Shown in pieces: positions 17,799-26,130 of a stretch of DNA of 32,000 nt (the stretch's first letter is position 1; the number at the start of each line of letters is the position of its first letter). The position numbers were made by a program, and so were the translations under genes. Source of the stretch: Acaryochloris marina S15 (GTDB lineage Bacteria > Cyanobacteriota > Cyanobacteriia > Thermosynechococcales > Thermosynechococcaceae); assembly GCF_018336915.1 (NCBI RefSeq), contig NZ_CP064923.1, positions 3,480,001 to 3,512,000 on the forward strand, in the 5' to 3' direction. The notes under the pieces are model-generated. The model searched no databases and was not told the DNA's origin. It saw only the letters and a list, made by a program, of their open reading frames with translations.

Positions 17799-18197
17799 AT
17801 GGCAGAAGCAGAAAAGAAAGCAGCCGAGGCTGCCCCAGCAGCAAAACCGAAAGAAAAGAAGCCTAAGCTCGAAGATAAGCCCTTTGCAGAGTTTGTCCAG
17901 CAAGACTATCTTCCAGCCCTTGAGAAAGCCTTGGCTGCTAAAAGTATTAGTGATTTGCAGCTAAACTTTGCAGACAACAACATCACGGGTGAATGGCTAA
18001 ATGGCACCCGCCAGTTTACGGTGTATTTCCCCGAAGGCGATATCAAAAAGCAGCGGGCCTTTTCCTGGTCTAATACAGGCAGCAACCCCAGTACAATTGA
18101 GCCCTTTCTCTGCGACGAGCGGAAAATCACTCTAGAGTTGCTCGTCTTTGGAGTAGTCCAGCGGCTAAATGCCCAGAAGTGGTTAGGTGGGAATTAA
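17799..18197 (+). CDS. Hypothetical protein with Lys/Ala-rich N-terminus, probably co-transcribed with the sulfur-carrier gene
   Basis: The ATG lies 12 nt after the carrier-protein stop. The protein is 132 aa, and after the N-terminal KKAAEAAPAAKPKEKKPK stretch it has a globular-looking composition. The family was not confidently recognised. Confidence 0.6.
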   Translation: MAEAEKKAAEAAPAAKPKEKKPKLEDKPFAEFVQQDYLPALEKALAAKSISDLQLNFADNNITGEWLNGTRQFTVYFPEGDIKKQRAFSWSNTGSNPSTIEPFLCDERKITLELLVFGVVQRLNAQKWLGGN

Positions 18198-18400
18198 ACC
18201 TCTTTTTCAACCCTATTCCTAAACCTAAGGGACCTTAATGCTTAAGGACCTCCCTGGCGGTTGGTATCGCCTTACAGCAGTATCTGTCACGGCCCCAAGG
18301 CACTTATTTTTAAATTCGGAAATCAAGGAATTATCAGGGAGTAGGGAATAAGAGGCGACCTATACTTCCCTCCAAACAATCACCCCATAAAAAGGGACAT

Positions 18401-18432
18401 GCCTGTATGAGTCACGAATGACTCATACAGGC
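18401..18432 (-). terminator. Strong hairpin downstream of the chemosensory operon (putative terminator)
   Basis: A perfect 13-bp stem gcctgtatgagtc/gactcatacaggc with a 6-nt loop, 45 nt after the stop at 18477. A U5 tract begins 8 nt after the stem on the minus strand. Confidence 0.5.
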
Positions 18433-18476
18433 ATCTCTGTAATAATCCTAGATCGATGGCAATTAAGCCGATGACT

Positions 18477-18998
18477 TTAGATCGAGCCAAGCTGTTCAGG
18501 ATCCAGTAAGAACAAAGGATCAACCCCTCCATCATCAACAATCATGGAGCTGACACAGTGGATATTGCCCCGATCAAGATAAGCCTCAGGCAAGGAGGCA
18601 AACTGGGATTTTCCAGCTCGACGAATGGTCGGCTGGGAATCGATAGGGACGCCCACAACATCGCCTGCTTCAGTTTTAACCAGAACTAAACATCGTTGAA
18701 GCTCCTCTTCAGGTAAAGGTACAGCACCTTGCTTATCCTCTACCAGGGGTTGAGCCGTCTCATTAAAAATTCGATGTCCAACATCCACAACCGTAATTTC
18801 TTGACCTTGGTGAAGGATGAGGCTAATGCCCGTTTGATATGGATCACCATGCAGCTGCCCTAAGGGAATGACTTTTTGTACCGCCTTCACTGGTAACGCA
18901 AACCATTCTCCCCGGAGTTGGAAGGCAATAAGCTGTTCAGTTGCTTCGGTTTTGCGATTGGCACCCCGCTGCGATCGCACCGATGAAAAAATAGCCAT
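18477..18998 (-). CDS. CheW-like coupling protein (second CheW of the operon)
   Basis: A CheW-domain pattern is present (LIAFQLRGEWFALPVKAVQKVIPL .. VGVPIDS). The ATG is at 18998, and the track's TTG at 19007 is an alternative start. The gene starts about 10 to 20 nt after the CheA stop. Confidence 0.8.
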   Translation of the reverse strand: MAIFSSVRSQRGANRKTEATEQLIAFQLRGEWFALPVKAVQKVIPLGQLHGDPYQTGISLILHQGQEITVVDVGHRIFNETAQPLVEDKQGAVPLPEEELQRCLVLVKTEAGDVVGVPIDSQPTIRRAGKSQFASLPEAYLDRGNIHCVSSMIVDDGGVDPLFLLDPEQLGSI

Positions 18999-19017
18999 AG
19001 CATTCAATCACTCAAAA

Positions 19018-22000
19018 TCATTTTGCTTGGGTAAACTGCTCAAGGGTTTGCAGAAGCTCTTTCTCTCTAAAGGGTTTGGAGAAATAGGCAGAAGCGCCCA
19101 GAGTCATTGCTAACTTACGATGCTTATCCCCACTTCGGGACGTCAGCATTGCCACAGGAATCGACTTAAAGTCAGCCTTAGCCTTCACATGGGCCAAGAA
19201 GCCGTAGCCATCCATCCGAGGCATCTCAATATCACACACCACGGCCTGAATCGGCAGACCTGAATCGAGTTTTTCCAGAGCATGTTGGCCATCCTTAGCC
19301 TGCTCAACCCGGTATCCTGCCTTTTCTAGCGTTAGGGCAAGGAATCGGCGAACATTAACGGAGTCATCCACCACCATTACCAAAGGCTGCTCAGTAGCGG
19401 TATCTAAAAGTGGAGTGTCGGAGCCAGATAAAGCACCTGCCAAACCACTAGAACCACTGGAGAAATCATTATTGCGATCATTCATCCAGTTGAGCAGACT
19501 GAGAGCATCGATCAGGGGAATAACCCGACCATCCCCCAAAATCGTACAGCCCGCAAAGCCTTCCGGCATAGCAATATTCCCTTCCGCCTGACGAATGGTA
19601 ACTTCCTGTTCACTCCAATAGCGATCGACCTTCAAGCCCACTAACTCATTGCCATCAGCCACCATCAACACCGTAGGAGCATTGATACTAGGAGACTCTT
19701 CTGTATCCGGCAATTTCGCGATTCGGGGCAGTTTCAACCACTGACTGAGGCGAACCAACGGCACCATTTCCCCATCCCAGTTCAGGACTTCGGCCCCTGC
19801 ACTATCTAAAACATCTTCAGAATTCAGTAGCATCATTTCTTCAATGATATCGGTGGGGAAGGCCAACATCATATTGGCAACTTCTACGAGCAATACCCGA
19901 ATGACCGATAAGGTGAAAGGCACAGAAATGGTAAAGGTCGTTCCTACCCCGGCTTCCGTTTCAACGGCAATTGTGCCTCTAATTTTTTGGAGATTGGTGC
20001 GGACCACATCCATGCCGACACCTCGGCCAGACAAATCGGTCACTGCAGATGCCGTGCTAAATCCAGGTTCAAAAATCAAATCGAGTAAATCACTGGTGCT
20101 GGCATTGCGAAGATCCTCCGCGTCCAGCCCCATTTCCATGGCTCGATTTTTAATTTTATCGAGGTTAATACCGTCCCCATCATCCTTGATCGTAATTTGA
20201 GTTTGGTTACCTCGATACATTGCCCGAATTTCGATCACCCCCTTCGGGGGTTTACCGGCAGCAACCCGCGCTTCCGGCTTTTCGATCCCATGATCAAAGG
20301 AGTTGCGGATTAAGTGAATCAGCGGATCATTCAAGGATTCTAGAATTGAGCGGTCGACCAGGGTCGTCCCCCCGATAATCTTCAGCTCAACTTGCTTACC
20401 AAAGCGTAAACTCAAATCCCGCAATACTCGGGGGAATCGGCTGAGCAATTCCGAGACCGGACGCATTCTTACTTGCGTCATGTTGGTCTGAATCAGTTTT
20501 GAGGTTCGAGTGAGTCCTCGGGTGGTTTGTTCCGCATCCCCCAAACTGGTATTAATATCCCCAGTAACCTCCTGAATTTGTACCGCAGCTTCCATCAATT
20601 CTTGGGATAGCAAGTGCATTTCGCTGTAGCGGTCCATCTCTAGCAAATCAAAATCACTATCGAGATGCGGGTTACTATAGCTTGCTGGCGGTGTCGAACC
20701 ATTGGTCGGGCTGCCCACTCCAACAGGAACAGCCATCGCTGGCAAAGCCTGGGCAGACACTTCCTGCACTGAAATTTTGTCGTAGGCGGCACGCAACTGA
20801 GCATTCGACTTATCAAGGGTGTGAACCCGGTCTCGCAACAGCTCGGTTAGATCCCGCAACTGCTTCAACTGCATTTGCAAACCATTTCGTTCAATAATCA
20901 GCTCTCCAAATAACTCATTGAGCTGATTGAGCTTACTAACCGGAACTCGAATCGTCGTATCTGCAGCCTCTGGTGCCGCTGCTGCAGCCGCCATCGGTTT
21001 GGCAACCGTCCGGGTCGAAGCACGCTTCCGAGCCGGTTTGCGTTCAGCAACTTTCGGCGCTTCTACAGGGGGACTGACCGACTGATCAGGAGTCGCGTCA
21101 AAGGAACTAATCAGGTCTACCGCTTCTGCAGCAAATGAGTCAGACCACTCTACCTCTTCTGCTATTTCTGGCTGAGTTGTAGAACTCTCCACCTCAAGGG
21201 CAGGCGCAGCCGTTTCTTCGGGGACGAAGGATTCAATTTCTTCAGCAATACCTGCCAAATCCACATCGGCAAAAGCATCCAAGTCTGCGGCGGGAGCGAG
21301 CTGTGGTTCTTCTAGCGCCGGTATCTCTACAGAAGAAGCGGCTTCTGAGGGGGCAACTGCTTCTAAATCTTGGGGTTCTAGGGTTAGGTCCGCCCCTGCA
21401 AATAGGTCGGATTCTGCGGCGGCTACTTCCAACTCTTGGGGGTCAAATTCTAACTCAGCCCCTGCAAATAAGTCTGGCTCGGCTACAGTCGCGTCTAATT
21501 CTTGAGGTTCAAATTCTAGCTCAGCCCCTGCAAGCAAGTCGGCTTCAGCTGGATCGGCTATTCCCAAATCGAGGGGTTCTAGAGAAAACTCCATGCCTGC
21601 AAATGGATCAGCGTCTTCCGGTGTCAGATCCGCTGAAACATCAGCAGGTTGTCCGATGGCACCTGCAATCTCTCCCAGAGAGCTAACATCCAGAGCGTCA
21701 GGAATCGCATCTTTTTGGCCCACTAGGACCATAGCTTGCGATCGCCGAAGTTCTTGCAAACCCACTTCAGCAATTTTGATCTGCTGATCTGGATCAGTTG
21801 AAGACTTCAGATATTGCAATGTTGACTGACATAAACCGTGAAATGCAGGTATATCAAGCATTTCTCCTAATCCACCTAATTCCTCCAGGGTGGAATCAAA
21901 TTCAGCGACGATGATACTTACATCTTGACTGGCCATTTGCTCTTCTAACCGAGTCAGGCATTCTTCTACTTCTGACTCAAAAAGCACAAAGCTCATGTCT

Positions 22001-22449
22001 TCCCCCACCTCAGAAGAGAGGAGTGACGCTTCGTCCTCTGGCTGCGGGTCACCCAGTAAATCATGGAGTTGTTCCATAACCGGGTTGGCTTGGGTTTCGA
22101 GCCACTGCTCGTCAACGTCATCCCCCTGTTGATTAAGGGTTGCAACCTGACGCATGAAATCCATGCCCGTTAGCAACAGGCTTTCGGCTTCGCCATTCAC
22201 CTCGACTTTACCGATTTTAAGGACTTTGAAAAAGTCCTCCAGACGGTGGGCCAACTGACTCAGGTTATGGAAGCCCATCAAGGCGGCTCCCCCCTTAACG
22301 GAGTGGGCAGCTCGCAGAACGCCATCCATTTGTTGTCGATCAACACCGCTGGTGCCTATTCCCAGAAGGCCCGATTCAATTTGGTGACAATGCTCAAAGG
22401 CTTCTTCCAGAAACTGAAGGCGAACTTCCTGTTCACTATCGTGGGACAT
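19018..22449 (-). CDS. pilL: Hybrid CheA-type histidine kinase (Hpt, long acidic linker, dimerisation/HATPase, CheW-like domain, receiver)
   Basis: The Hpt motif is AAHSVKGGAALMG. The N-box is HLIRNSFDHGIE, G1 is DDGDGIN and G2 is GRGVGMDVV. A CheW-like segment follows, then a C-terminal REC (VVDDSVNVRR..CDIEMPRMDG..SKPF). The symbol is assigned by analogy to cyanobacterial Tax/Hmp loci. Confidence 0.92.
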   Translation of the reverse strand: MSHDSEQEVRLQFLEEAFEHCHQIESGLLGIGTSGVDRQQMDGVLRAAHSVKGGAALMGFHNLSQLAHRLEDFFKVLKIGKVEVNGEAESLLLTGMDFMRQVATLNQQGDDVDEQWLETQANPVMEQLHDLLGDPQPEDEASLLSSEVGEDMSFVLFESEVEECLTRLEEQMASQDVSIIVAEFDSTLEELGGLGEMLDIPAFHGLCQSTLQYLKSSTDPDQQIKIAEVGLQELRRSQAMVLVGQKDAIPDALDVSSLGEIAGAIGQPADVSADLTPEDADPFAGMEFSLEPLDLGIADPAEADLLAGAELEFEPQELDATVAEPDLFAGAELEFDPQELEVAAAESDLFAGADLTLEPQDLEAVAPSEAASSVEIPALEEPQLAPAADLDAFADVDLAGIAEEIESFVPEETAAPALEVESSTTQPEIAEEVEWSDSFAAEAVDLISSFDATPDQSVSPPVEAPKVAERKPARKRASTRTVAKPMAAAAAAPEAADTTIRVPVSKLNQLNELFGELIIERNGLQMQLKQLRDLTELLRDRVHTLDKSNAQLRAAYDKISVQEVSAQALPAMAVPVGVGSPTNGSTPPASYSNPHLDSDFDLLEMDRYSEMHLLSQELMEAAVQIQEVTGDINTSLGDAEQTTRGLTRTSKLIQTNMTQVRMRPVSELLSRFPRVLRDLSLRFGKQVELKIIGGTTLVDRSILESLNDPLIHLIRNSFDHGIEKPEARVAAGKPPKGVIEIRAMYRGNQTQITIKDDGDGINLDKIKNRAMEMGLDAEDLRNASTSDLLDLIFEPGFSTASAVTDLSGRGVGMDVVRTNLQKIRGTIAVETEAGVGTTFTISVPFTLSVIRVLLVEVANMMLAFPTDIIEEMMLLNSEDVLDSAGAEVLNWDGEMVPLVRLSQWLKLPRIAKLPDTEESPSINAPTVLMVADGNELVGLKVDRYWSEQEVTIRQAEGNIAMPEGFAGCTILGDGRVIPLIDALSLLNWMNDRNNDFSSGSSGLAGALSGSDTPLLDTATEQPLVMVVDDSVNVRRFLALTLEKAGYRVEQAKDGQHALEKLDSGLPIQAVVCDIEMPRMDGYGFLAHVKAKADFKSIPVAMLTSRSGDKHRKLAMTLGASAYFSKPFREKELLQTLEQFTQAK
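21393..21600. repeat. Diverged 66-bp (22-aa) tandem repeat x3 plus a degenerate fourth, in the CheA linker
   Basis: cccctgcaa recurs at 21393, 21459 and 21525. The unit encodes an acidic DL(F/L)AGAELEF(E/D)PQEL(D/E) motif. Confidence 0.8.
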
Positions 22450-22543
22450 GGTTTATCTCTCAGTACCAATTATTAACTCGGCAATCAGCCTGCGCCCGAT
22501 ATCAAGATTGAGTCAATCTTGTAGGGCGTTGTATGAAAAGGGC

Positions 22544-22584
22544 GGGTCAAAGCTGAATGAGGTCAGCCTATCTAGCTTTGACCC
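22544..22584 (-). promoter_or_regulatory. Intercistronic hairpin between the MCP and CheA genes
   Basis: An 11-bp stem gggtcaaagct/agctttgaccc with a 19-nt loop, starting 13 nt after the MCP stop. CUUUUC lies 3 nt after the stem on the minus strand. A second 8-bp hairpin is at 22503-22521. Confidence 0.5.
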
Positions 22585-22597
22585 ATCGGACTTCTAG

Positions 22598-24991
22598 TTA
22601 GGCTTCGCCAATTTTGAAGGTACTCACAGAAGTTTGGAGCTGCTTGGCAATTTCCACCGTTTCTTGTAGTGATTCGGCCACTTGGCGCGAAGAATCAGAG
22701 GTATTCTCAGACACTTTCGCCACGTTTTGAACCAGCTTAGACAGCATCTGGGCTTTCGCCGTCTGGGATGCGGTAGAACCAGAAATCGTTTGCACCAAGT
22801 CCGAAATCTGTTGGGACACTGACACAATTTGGCCAAGGCTTTGCTTGGTATCTTGGACCATGCGTGTTCCTTCAACCACCTGGGTTGTACCCACTTCCAT
22901 CGCGTTGACCACCTCAGCAGTTTCTAGCTGAATGTTCTCCACAATTTGCTCAATTTCCTTCGTTGCTGTTGCAGACTGAGACGCTAGCGCACCCACTTCT
23001 TCCGCAACCACCGCAAAACCCCGACCTTCTTCACCAGCTCGAGCCGCCTCAATACTGGCGTTAATGGCCAGCAAGTTGGTCTGCAAGGCAATTTGGTTAA
23101 TCAAAGAAACCGCTTTAGAAATCTGCTGAGAAGATTCACCCAATCGTTTCACTTTCTTAGCCGTTTCCGCAACGGTTTCGCGGAGCTGGTCAATACTCGC
23201 CACTGTGAGATCCATAGTGTTTCCACCATTCACCGCTGTTTCAGAGGCTGTCTTGGCGATTTCGGCAGCCTGTTGAGCGTTATCCGCAACTTCTTGGGCA
23301 GCTTGGGTCAAATCTTCCACGAATTGGAGGGACTGTTCCACTTGCTCGGCCTGGGCTGACGCCTCATCCGCCAACGTCACAATAGACGAGCTATTGGTTG
23401 ACACTGAATCGTTCACCTGGGCAGAGGCAACTTGCACCTGGGCCACAATATCTCTCAAGTTCTCAATAATGGAGTTAAAGAAGTCACCCACAATTCCGAT
23501 TTCGCTGGCGTCCACGTTGGCTCGGACAGTTAAGTCTCCATCAGAGGCCGCTTCAACGTCGGTCAATAGGGTCAGCAAGTCCGACTGCAACGCTTCATTC
23601 TGTTTTCGCTGGGTTTCGGCAGCTTCTTGCTGTCGTTTTAATTCTTGTTGAGAGGTATATTCTTGCTCCAACAACAGGGTTTGAAGTTGTTCCGCCATGG
23701 TGTTGATGTTGCCCCCCAGTTGAGCAAGCTCATCCTCTCCAGAGATATTTACCCGAGTCTCCAAGTCTCCTAGACCAATTGCGTTCACCGCTTCAGCAGA
23801 CTCAATAATCGGTCGAGTAGCCCGTTCGGAGATAACGACCGCCAGGGCACCCACCACCACCGCGGCTGCGAGGGTACCTAGAATCAGGGCCAACTGCAAC
23901 TGAGCCACCGATTGGAAGGCCACATCCTTATCTGTTTCCAGAATGACTTTCCAGCCCAAATCGGGTAAGTTTGCCAAGAACGGGTCGTCAGAACTGTTTA
24001 AGGTGTCGAACGGCACAATGGTCTCTAACTTGCCATCTTTATCGAGGGTTTGAATCTCTGAGGTCTTGACATCCTTAAACCAGGAGAATTTCTCATTGCC
24101 AGTTAAGGGCTTTCCGGTTTTATTGGCTGCCAGAATGGCTGCTTTGGCTTCATTCGATCCTGCAAACAGGTTGCCGTTTTGATCCACCAGATAGCCATTT
24201 TCATGGCCTTCAATGCCCTTGAGCAAATCTTCCAGGAAGGTTACTGGCATTCTGGCCCGGACCACACCAATGGGTTTGCCAGAGGTTCGATCAAGCACCA
24301 CATTAGCGGTGTACACCGAGATTACCCCAGAAGATTGAGACAATAGGGGCTGAGAAATAATGGGTTGTCCAGATTTTACGGCGGCTTGGAAATAACTCCG
24401 GTCGCTGTGATTATCCAGGGCCTTGCCCGATGATTGGGCCATGACGTTTCCCTTCAAGTCGAAGAAAGCAACACTGTTGTAGATGGTGTAAGCCTTAATA
24501 AACTTGTCTAGGGATGCTTGTTTCGCTTCCCTAGAAGTAGATTTGCGCAGGGCCGGATCGACGAGAACATCCAAACCAGACATAATCTGGATGTCACCAT
24601 ATCTCTCCCGCATGTAGGAGGCAACCTTAGCCGAGATCTGGGTGGTCAGACTTTTTTTGTTCTCAATAATCTTGTTCGAAACCGAGTCGTTGGCAATAAA
24701 GTTGGCAACGAGTCCAATCACCGCTACGGGGATAACCCCCAGGGCAACCGCCAATGCCGTGGCCTTAGTTTTGAGTCCAAATCGCTGGGACAGGGGCTTC
24801 GCGGCCGCTGCTGGTGCAGAGGTAGCAATAGGTGCAGGGCTTTTCGAGATTTCTGCAACGGCCTTAGAGTCAGCCTCTTGCGGGTACGCCTCGTTTAAGC
24901 CAGAGGTCATCTGCTCTAGATCGAGGGGGACAATATTTTTGTCACCATGGCCATTATTGGTGGCTGTCTCATCTACATCTTTCATGTGCAT
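22598..24991 (-). CDS. pilJ: Methyl-accepting chemotaxis protein with two TM helices, periplasmic Cache-like sensor and HAMP
   Basis: The conserved signalling hairpin is [26 protein letters not shown]. The TM segments are [22 protein letters not shown] and [21 protein letters not shown], flanking a region of about 260 aa. No GAF or phytochrome domain is present, so this is not PixJ-type. Confidence 0.92.
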   Translation of the reverse strand: MHMKDVDETATNNGHGDKNIVPLDLEQMTSGLNEAYPQEADSKAVAEISKSPAPIATSAPAAAAKPLSQRFGLKTKATALAVALGVIPVAVIGLVANFIANDSVSNKIIENKKSLTTQISAKVASYMRERYGDIQIMSGLDVLVDPALRKSTSREAKQASLDKFIKAYTIYNSVAFFDLKGNVMAQSSGKALDNHSDRSYFQAAVKSGQPIISQPLLSQSSGVISVYTANVVLDRTSGKPIGVVRARMPVTFLEDLLKGIEGHENGYLVDQNGNLFAGSNEAKAAILAANKTGKPLTGNEKFSWFKDVKTSEIQTLDKDGKLETIVPFDTLNSSDDPFLANLPDLGWKVILETDKDVAFQSVAQLQLALILGTLAAAVVVGALAVVISERATRPIIESAEAVNAIGLGDLETRVNISGEDELAQLGGNINTMAEQLQTLLLEQEYTSQQELKRQQEAAETQRKQNEALQSDLLTLLTDVEAASDGDLTVRANVDASEIGIVGDFFNSIIENLRDIVAQVQVASAQVNDSVSTNSSSIVTLADEASAQAEQVEQSLQFVEDLTQAAQEVADNAQQAAEIAKTASETAVNGGNTMDLTVASIDQLRETVAETAKKVKRLGESSQQISKAVSLINQIALQTNLLAINASIEAARAGEEGRGFAVVAEEVGALASQSATATKEIEQIVENIQLETAEVVNAMEVGTTQVVEGTRMVQDTKQSLGQIVSVSQQISDLVQTISGSTASQTAKAQMLSKLVQNVAKVSENTSDSSRQVAESLQETVEIAKQLQTSVSTFKIGEA

Positions 24992-25171
24992 GGGGAATCG
25001 TGCCTCTCTGAATACGGATAATGTTGTATAGAAGATTCAAGGCTCAATGAGCCTAAGAAATAAAATTGCTGTAGTGCTTTCTCCAGGGGGAGATCTTGGA
25101 AGATCACCCCGTTTTAGTTAGTTTTGACCGAAGGATTTTTCAATACTTCAAAACCTTTCCCCCTGGTGGTA

Positions 25172-25666
25172 TTAACGCTGTAGTACGGATGAGTTAACAA
25201 TTGCGTCAGGGTCCAGAACCAATAGAATTTCTTTTTCTTCTGGCAAACACCCCCGCAAATAGGGCGCAATATTAGGGGCAACGGTACCAATGGGAGACTG
25301 AACCGTATCTGTGGCGAACCGCGTTACACCATGTACAGTTGGAACAGCTAAGCCGAGGGGAACCTTTCCCACTTGGAGAATGGCAACGTTGAATTGTCTA
25401 GCGTTGGCCATTAAGCCGGTATAGCCCAGCATGATGGACAGGTCCACCACCCAAAACACCCGACTTCGCTGGTTCAACAGACCCAGGACACAGGTAGGCA
25501 TATTGGGAATAGGCGAAACTTGCTCAACAGGCACCACAATGACTTCACGTGCTGCCTCCATGGGGAGTGCGACGGGCACACTCTCACTCAACCGCAACTT
25601 TAGGTAAGGATCACCTAATCCTTCCTGTGACGGCGATGATTGAAGGTCTAGGGTGGGCAGTGTCAT
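25172..25666 (-). CDS. pilI: CheW-like coupling protein
   Basis: A CheW-domain pattern is present (..VALPMEAAREVIVVPVEQVSPIPNMP..VLGLLNQRSRVFWVVDL..). The start is 3 nt after the CheY stop, indicating tight coupling. Confidence 0.88.
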   Translation of the reverse strand: MTLPTLDLQSSPSQEGLGDPYLKLRLSESVPVALPMEAAREVIVVPVEQVSPIPNMPTCVLGLLNQRSRVFWVVDLSIMLGYTGLMANARQFNVAILQVGKVPLGLAVPTVHGVTRFATDTVQSPIGTVAPNIAPYLRGCLPEEKEILLVLDPDAIVNSSVLQR

Positions 25667-25669
25667 GAC

Positions 25670-26026
25670 TTAAACAGACCGAACAGCTTGGAGCAAATCT
25701 TCGCGGGTGAAGGGCTTGGTTACATAAGCGTCTGCCCCTTGCTTTTTACCCCAGAGCTTGTCTAAGTCTTGATTCTTAGAGGTACAAATCACCACGGGTA
25801 ATTGCTGAGTCGCCTCATTCTTCTTCAAACTGCGACAGAGTTCAAAGCCACTCATGCCGGGCATCACTACATCCGTCACCACAAGATCGGGCTTCTGAGA
25901 TTCTGCTTTGGCTAAGGCATCCTTCGCATCGGTTGTGCTGATAACGGCATAGCCAGCTTCTCGTAAATAACTACAAATTAGCTCTAGTTCCGCTGGACCA
26001 TCATCCACTACTAAAATTGTTTTCAT
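25670..26026 (-). CDS. pilH: Single-domain CheY-like response regulator
   Basis: The protein is 118 aa, with ILVVDDGPAEL, DLVVTDVVMPGMSGFEL and a conserved T..KPF. Confidence 0.92.
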   Translation of the reverse strand: MKTILVVDDGPAELELICSYLREAGYAVISTTDAKDALAKAESQKPDLVVTDVVMPGMSGFELCRSLKKNEATQQLPVVICTSKNQDLDKLWGKKQGADAYVTKPFTREDLLQAVRSV

Positions 26027-26130
26027 TTGTTGTTGCTCCTAAAACAAATAAAGTTAAGCTTGTAAACTGTGGCCTCATCTGATGTCTTCAGAGTGCCCCT
26101 TTTTATAAAAAATACCCCTAGGTGTATTTT

